Part shown: positions 57,618-64,000 of the stretch, in pieces
Layout of the letters: each line of letters starts with the position of its first letter
Position numbering within the stretch: the first letter of the stretch is position 1
Origin: Eledone cirrhosa
Lineage: Eukaryota
Direction: 5' to 3'
NCBI GenBank assembly: GCA_964016885.1
Contig: OZ024749.1
Span: 27,590,001-27,654,000 of the forward strand
DNA: 64,000 nt
Made by a program: the position numbers and the translations under genes
Notes under the pieces: generated by a model
The model's input: only the letters and a program-made list of their open reading frames with translations
Told to the model about the DNA's origin: nothing
Databases searched by the model: none

Positions 57618-57797
57618 TTGGCAGTATTGGTAGAGGGTCGGACACCATGCTTTGAAGCATAGAGTTACCTCCCTTTATGATCTGAGTTCAAATCCTGCCG
57701 AGCTTAACTTTTCCTTCCATCCTTACGGGGTCGATAAAATAAAGTACCAGTAATGCACTGGGATAATTGCTGGCCTTGTGCCAAAAGTAGAAACAAT
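57618..57797 (+). mobile_element. tRNA-derived SINE
   Basis: TGGCAGTATTGGTAGAG head, GAGTTCAAATCC B-box, shared body; nearly the same as 20603-20765. Confidence 0.8.
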
Positions 57798-58029
57798 TAT
57801 GATAGAACATATAAGATACATAAACTATATTTCAGTTATGGGCAACCTTTATCAAGCAGTGAACCACGTAGGATATGGCTCATCATAAGGTGGGCCACAC
57901 TACTAAAAACATTTAAGACAATTTTGAAATTAGGCGTGCCATTCAGAAAGCCACAGTTTGACCATGACTATTATTGGCTATATATAGAATTTATAGGGTA
58001 TATAAATAAATATGATATATATAAAAAAA

Positions 58030-58322
58030 CTCCATTTCCCTCTGAGGTACAAGTCCGAGCAAGGTTGTTTGAGGAAGACCAGCAGTCGCCCATGCATACC
58101 AGTCTCCCCTCTCCACGTTACCGATGATGTCCAAGGGAAAGGCTATGGCCAATACAGCTTGGCACCAGTGACGTCGCAACTCATTTCTACAGCTGAGTAA
58201 ACTGGAGCAACGTGAAATAAAGTGTCTTGCTCAAGGACACAATGCATCACCCGGTCCGAGGAGAATTGAACTCACAACCTTTCTATTGCAAACCCAATGC
58301 TCTAACCACTAAGCCATACACC
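58030..58322 (-). mobile_element. Second SINE family (tRNA head + CORE-like body)
   Basis: Minus strand A-box TGGCTTAGTGG, B-box GAGTTCAATTC, then TGTGTCCTTGAGCAAGACACTT; a fragment of it lies at ~11450-11530. Confidence 0.75.
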
Positions 58323-58368
58323 TTCATATATATAAGGTTATAGTGTATATATAAACTATATAGCTTAC

Positions 58369-58559
58369 CTGAGTGCTGACACAACCCTGTAGGTTTAAAT
58401 GGAGTTTCTTTACATCAGGCGTAACAGCTCGGACAACTTCCTGTAAATCGACCACTTTGTTATGTAACTCATCAATGGCTACTTCAATAGGAGACATCTC
58501 TTGCTCGGTGTGTTCAATAATTTCGATCCTTTTCTTCACATAAGGGAAGGTATGTGAGG
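58369..58559 (-). CDS. DOCK9: DOCK9/10/11 exon (DHR-2)
   Basis: (T)SHTFPYVKKRIEII...SPIEVAIDE...DVKKLHLNLQGCVSTQ; FPYVKKRI and PIEVAIDE motifs. Confidence 0.93.
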
Positions 58560-59319
58560 CTAGAGAGGGACAGGGACACAGAGATAAATAGATGGATAGA
58601 TAAATAGATAGATAGATAGACAGATAGACAGCATAGTATATTTGAAATTATACACTAAGGGAAGATATGTTAGGCTAAAGAAAGATAGATATGTACAATT
58701 TCAAATATACTGGTCTATCTATCTATATATATCAGTCTCTCTCTCTAGTCTCACATACCCTCCCTTATGTACAATTTTAAATATATTGTACTAAGGGAAG
58801 GTATGTGAGCCTATAGAGAGAGATTGATATATATAATAGATAAATAAATAGATAGATAGTACAGTATATTGGAAATTCTACAGTAAAGGAAGGTATGTGA
58901 TGCTAGAGAGATAGAGACAAACAGATAAAGAGTACAGTGTGTTTGAAATTATACACTAAGCAGTCAAACTATATGGCCTTTTTTTAAACCAAACCCATGT
59001 TATCTATGAACTCAAGTAAACACAAACCATTATCCTACAACCAACACCACCTACCAGACCCATACAACAAGACAAATTAAAATTCAAACATGTCTTTCAA
59101 AACTGAACCCCAACTCTCCCAGTAAAACAACAACCAGCCTCCACTAATTACAGGTATGAGGGTAAGGGACGGCATTGGACTGCAGTCATTATATGTAATT
59201 TCTATAAACACATTGAATACAAACAGTTTCACTTATGCCATAATCTCCATTGAGGGGAATACAAACTAGACAAATTAATATAGGCAATATGACTGCCGCC
59301 ATTACACATTGCTTGCTGG

Positions 59320-59610
59320 TGTCTTGACAAAAAGCACCCAGTCCACCATGTAGAGTGGTCATGTTTGCGCCACAATAAAAAAGCACCCACCCCATTCCGT
59401 ACAGTGGTCATGCTAATGTCTTGACAAAAAGCACCCAGTCTACCCTGTAGTGGTCATGCTGCTGTCTTGACAAAAAAGCACCCAGTTCACTTTGTACAAT
59501 GGTCCTGTTTGTGCTGCAGTAACAAAACACCCAGTCCACCCTGTAAGTAAGGTGATTATGCTTGTGCCATGATAAAGCACCTAGTCCACTCTGCACAGTG
59601 GTCATATTAC
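59320..59610. repeat. ~50-bp minisatellite (AAAAGCACCCAGTCCAC...GTGGTCATG)
   Basis: About 6 copies. Confidence 0.75.
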
Positions 59611-59792
59611 CACAATGGATTGCATTAGATGTGTAGCAATGGGGTCCTCAAAAACTGATAGATATTGCAGCTATGAACAGATCATAAGATCAGCTGTAGG
59701 AGCAAAGGCTGACCAAGGGGCAAAAGCTCTACCACCACCACCACATTTAAACCATTGTGCCAAATAATGAAATAGAAGGAGGAGAGACATAC

Positions 59793-60003
59793 TGGTCAGT
59801 ATTGTCCGTAGTTTGTACTGTTCTGTAATGGAGCCATGGGCAGGTCCATTCTTGGTGAAAGGGGTTTCAAACATGAAACGTTGGATGTTATTGTTGCGTT
59901 CAAATTCTGTGAGACGGTCTTTGGACTCTTCCTTTGTGAAATATGGGGTCACATAGGTGACCTGGATGAAGGCAAATTTAGGGTCAAGTTCATCAACGTT
60001 CAC
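59793..60003 (-). CDS. DOCK9: DOCK9/10/11 exon (DHR-2)
   Basis: [22 protein letters not shown]...[21 protein letters not shown]...RTILT; CAG/GTATGT. Confidence 0.94.
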
Positions 60004-60515
60004 CTGAAAATATAGAATAGTCCATGTTATTTATAGGAGTACAACAGGATCAACATAATTTTCATCACCATCATAATTAACATTAAACACACCAAGCAAG
60101 GTTAACTGTTTATGATTTTAGCAGGCTTTGAATCTATGTAGGGATATGTTGCTCATAAAAAGGAAAAAAAAATTTAGCTGAGAGAGAGGGGGGGGGGGGT
60201 GTTTAGAGGAAAGAGGTATTAACAACAAGAGGCAAGAGAAATAGGGAATGTTGTATAAAGACATATAATCACACACTCACACATCCAGGGACACGCAAAC
60301 ATATAGACATACACACACTCAGAGACAACATACAGACACACACAGATTCACATGCATACATACTTGTACAGACTCACACACACACACACGCATAGAAACA
60401 CAGACATATATGATATACAGAAAACAACATGTCATCAGTGTATTTATGTCTTAAGTTATTGACAATCAGAGAAATAGCATCGATGGAACTAAATGAAGAA
60501 TTAATCACTGCTAAC

Positions 60516-60662
60516 CTTCTTGGAATCCATGATCAACTTTACGTTTTCTCTGCCATAACGGTATGAATATAAATTGGAGAGTCGGTCACAAATCTCGGAA
60601 AGGTTGGTTACTTTTGGTTCTTTATAGATATATTCTTTGCCGTTTTCTTCATCAAAGTGAGC
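60516..60662 (-). CDS. DOCK9: DOCK9/10/11 exon (DHR-2); upstream exons outside window
   Basis: [49 protein letters not shown]; [10 protein letters not shown] motif of the DOCK-D subfamily; symbol denotes the subfamily, not a specific paralog. Confidence 0.93.
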
Positions 60663-61093
60663 CTGAAATTACAACAAACAATAATAAACAATAAAACAAT
60701 GTTGTCTCTGATTGAGACGAAGCAAGAGTGTGTTTGCATACATATAAAAATGAGAAAACTCATGGCTTAGAACAGCTGTTAAAACAGCTAAATGCTGTCA
60801 AAGACAGTGATGGGCAAAAATGTCTCAGAGGACAGAGACCAGCGGCTGTTGGTCAACAGAGAGACAATCCACAAAGCGGGTGACAGGCAGGCTAAATATA
60901 GAAAAGACTGAAAGAGGAGGAGGATAAGTAGAAGTGTACTGGTGCACAGAAGTGACTGGAAGAAGGAAATAAAGAAAGGTGATATACAAGGCAAGTTTAC
61001 ACATACACACACACACAGCTTGACTCTCAGCTCTCAAATCAGTAAAATGGTTTTGCATGATTTAATTAAGAATACCATATTTATATATATATA

Positions 61094-62495
61094 TATATGA
61101 AATATAAGAATCAAAGAACTGTTCAAAACATTATTGTGCTTACAGCTGTTTCCTCCAAACCGAGGTTTGGATTCTTCGGAGCAATTTATTAATGCATGGA
61201 CAGTTATATGACCTCCTCTTCAGCCGAGAGACATACCAATACATATTCAAACATTGATACATATTCAAACATTGTGGGTCAACATTCATTACAGAATTTA
61301 GAGTGGCAGTACACACTTCGAGATTACATTTATATTAATAGGTACAATCAAAAATCAAAGATATAGGTTAAAGTACAACATGAAGATAAGTGGTTATATA
61401 GTGCAAATGTTATACGTGTGGCACGCATGCGCGTCTTGTTTATATAGTGTGGCAGAGAGATATGTGTGGTAGAGGCACTTAGGTAGGTAAATAAGAGTGT
61501 TAGGTTGGTAGATCTGGTGGCAAAGTCTTTATATGATTGATGTAGTCTGTGTGTGGAGAAATATTATAAGCATTAAAGATAGTGCAAGCATTAAAAGTGT
61601 TATAAGTATTGGAGATGCACAGCGCAGGGATGTCAAGTAATTCATGTACTTCGGCATTTTCATGGTCAAGGGAGTGTATATTTCGATTATATGCCTTTCA
61701 CATAATCCACGACAATCCAGTTAGAGATCGTAGTCTGGTGTTCTTTAGTTCGATACAGGAGGTTGTTACGTTTCGAGAGACGCCATTGAATTCCGGTATT
61801 CAATGGCGTCTCTCGAAACGTAACAACCTCCTGTATCGAACTAAAGAACACCAGACTACGATCTCTAACTGGATTGTCGTGGATTATGTGAAAGGCATAT
61901 AATCGAAATATACACTCCCTTGACCATGAAAATGCCGAAGTACATGAATTACTTGACATCCCTGCGCTGTGCATCTCCAATACTTATAACACTTTTAATG
62001 CTTGCACTATCTTTAATGCTTATAATATTTCTCCACACACAGACTACATCAATCATATAAAGACTTTGCCACCAGATCTACCAACCTAACACTCTTATTT
62101 ACCTACCTAAGTGCCTCTACCACACATATCTCTCTGCCACACTATATAAACAAGACGCGCATGCGTGCCACACGTATAACATTTGCACTATATAACCACT
62201 TATCTTCATGTTGTACTTTAACCTATATCTTTGATTTTTGATTGTACCTATTAATATAAATGTAATCTCGAAGTGTGTACTGCCACTCTAAATTCTGTAA
62301 TGAATGTTGACCCACAATGTTTGAATATGTATCAATGTTTGAATATGTATTGGTATGTCTCTCGGCTGAAGAGGAGGTCATATAACTGTCCATGCATTAA
62401 TAAATTGCTCCGAAGAATCCAAACCTCGGTTTGGAGGAAACAGCTGTAAGCACAATAATGTTTTGAACAGTTCTTTGATTCTTATATTTCATATA
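61094..62495. mobile_element. Near-perfect 1.4-kb palindrome, probably an inverted pair of PLE-type 3' ends
   Basis: ~700-bp arms mirrored about 61794/61795; hammerhead-like motif near each outer end; TA context. Confidence 0.75.
62406..62452 (+). ncRNA. Variant hammerhead motif (mirror copy 61137-61183 on -)
   Basis: UGCU-CCGAAGA-aUCCAAACcucgGUUUGGAg-GAAA-CAGCUG-UA-AGCA; core has C at U4. Confidence 0.45.
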
Positions 62496-62653
62496 ACTGC
62501 TCTGTAAATCATCTGATGTTTTTACATTGAGCTACTTAACTTACTGGTAATAAGGTAGTAATACATTACTGCCTACCACTATTTAGGGTGTGTGTAAAAT
62601 ACTTACAACTGCTTAAGGTTTTGTGTTTACATAACCATAAATAGTATAACTAA

Positions 62654-62656
<3 letters not shown>

Positions 62657-62735
<79 letters not shown>

Positions 62736-62752
62736 TCATCATCATCATCATC
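62657..62752. repeat. (TA)n followed by (CAT)n retroposon tail
   Basis: Direct inspection. Confidence 0.95.
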
Positions 62753-64000
62753 ACCGTTTTACGTCCGTTCTTCCACGCTAGCATGGGTTAGACGGGTTGT
62801 CCTGTTGTGGGCAGTGTCTGGTCGGCTGACCATGCCTTGCTCATACAGGAACTGATCTGGCTTGATTTCTACAGCTGGATGCCCTTCCTAACACCAACCT
62901 CATTTACAGTGAGTGCTGGGTGCTTTTTCGTGGCGCCTACACGTCCACTTTACAGTGTGGGCTGGGTGCTTTTTTGCCGTGGCACCTCCACGACCACCTT
63001 GCGGTGGGGGGGGGGGGGGGCATATTGTTTATATGCTTCAGCATGTACCCATGGGAGGTCGGGTACCCTGTATTACTGCGTGACGCCAGAAGTCACGGTC
63101 GTGTGTCATTGACTTTGAGAGGTGTAGTTGGGTAAGGTCGGCTTTTATCACCTCATCCCAAGTCATCTTGGGTCTCCCCACTCCGCGGTTTCCATCAACT
63201 TCTAGTGCTCTGCACCTTTTTATGCAGCTGTCATCCTTCATACGCATCACATGTCCATACCAGCGTAACCGCCTCTCCTGCACGCAGCATTTGATTCCTC
63301 TTATGCTCAGTCTCTCTCTCAATTCATTTATGCTTTGTCGTTCACGTATATTACTGTTACACATCCATCGGAGCATGCAGGCTTCGTTTCTCTCTAATCT
63401 ACGTAAGTCTTCCACCTTCAGCGCCCAGGTCTCACTACCATGCAACATCGCTGTTCGGATACACGCATCATACAGTCTGCCTTTCATTCTGAGGGAGAAG
63501 CCTTTTGCAGCTAGCAGTGGTAGTAGTTCCCTAAACTTCTTCCATCCCGTTCTTACCCTAGTTATTGTACTTTCTGAGCACCCACCTCCGTTGCTAATTC
63601 GGTCACCTAGGTAGCAGAAGCTGTCTACTGTTTCTACAGGGCCCTCCCAGAGATTGGTGGTACTTGTTTCCTGTGGCTGTTTGCTTGCTGTTTCAGCACA
63701 GCTGCTGCATGTGAATCCTACATTCTTAATTAAGCTTCCTGAGATCCCGCTACATCTCTTGTGTACCCATTGTTTGCATTTGGGGCAAAGAATGGAGTTC
63801 CTACCTACACCTTTCCTACATACTGAGCAAGGCCATTTCCCTGAGGGGATCTGGGTTCTGTTTTCTCGTCTACTTATAAGGACCTTAGTCTTTGTCATGT
63901 TGACTTTGAGGCCCTTTCTCTCTAGTCCCTGCTTCCAGGTTTGGAATTTATTCTCTAGTTCTACCATAGATTCAGCTATGAGTGCGAGGTCATCAGCATA
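62733..64000 (-). mobile_element. RTE-clade LINE, 3' part (continues beyond window), open frame to 63038
   Basis: YADDL at the window edge, FCYLG, LHGSETW, RRLRWYGHVMR, GRPKMTW; Cys-rich insert; 3' region ends in (GAT)n. Confidence 0.93.

Noticed and set aside
58240-58322. tRNA gene (A/B boxes; also other SINE heads)
   Set aside because: No cloverleaf; continues into a repeated SINE body
61609-61980. Twin 97-aa ORFs on opposite strands
   Set aside because: Consequence of the palindrome; the RTKEH resemblance to GIY-YIG is too weak to call

Overview
AT-rich animal genomic DNA with spliceosomal introns. The SINE/LINE repertoire suggests a coleoid cephalopod (Octopus-like); this is inference. 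Two convergent genes are present. (i) The last five coding exons of POFUT1 lie on + (1205-7510), with a GC-AG final intron and no KDEL-like C-terminus. (ii) The DHR-2/C-terminal exons of a DOCK9/10/11 (zizimin) Cdc42-GEF lie on - (60662 down to a probable terminal exon at 16735-16634), implying a ~39-kb last intron. That intron holds a ~30-kb (TA)n-derived satellite block with nested retroelements: a CR1/L2-group LINE, an RTE LINE, and a near-identical three-unit (one inverted + two tandem) Penelope-like element (RT + C-terminal GIY-YIG, Hydra-clade-like). Each 6.2-kb PLE unit carries a type I hammerhead ribozyme with an unusually long stem II and a microsatellite-laden 3' UTR. Further hammerhead motifs occur in a ~150-bp island at 24.3 kb, at 17.2/17.8 kb (degenerate), and at both ends of a near-perfect 1.4-kb palindrome at 61.1-62.5 kb. 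Several exon junctions are echoed as short direct or inverted copies in neighbouring introns. Most ORF-track entries are microsatellite artefacts. All calls were made by eye; no database search was run.
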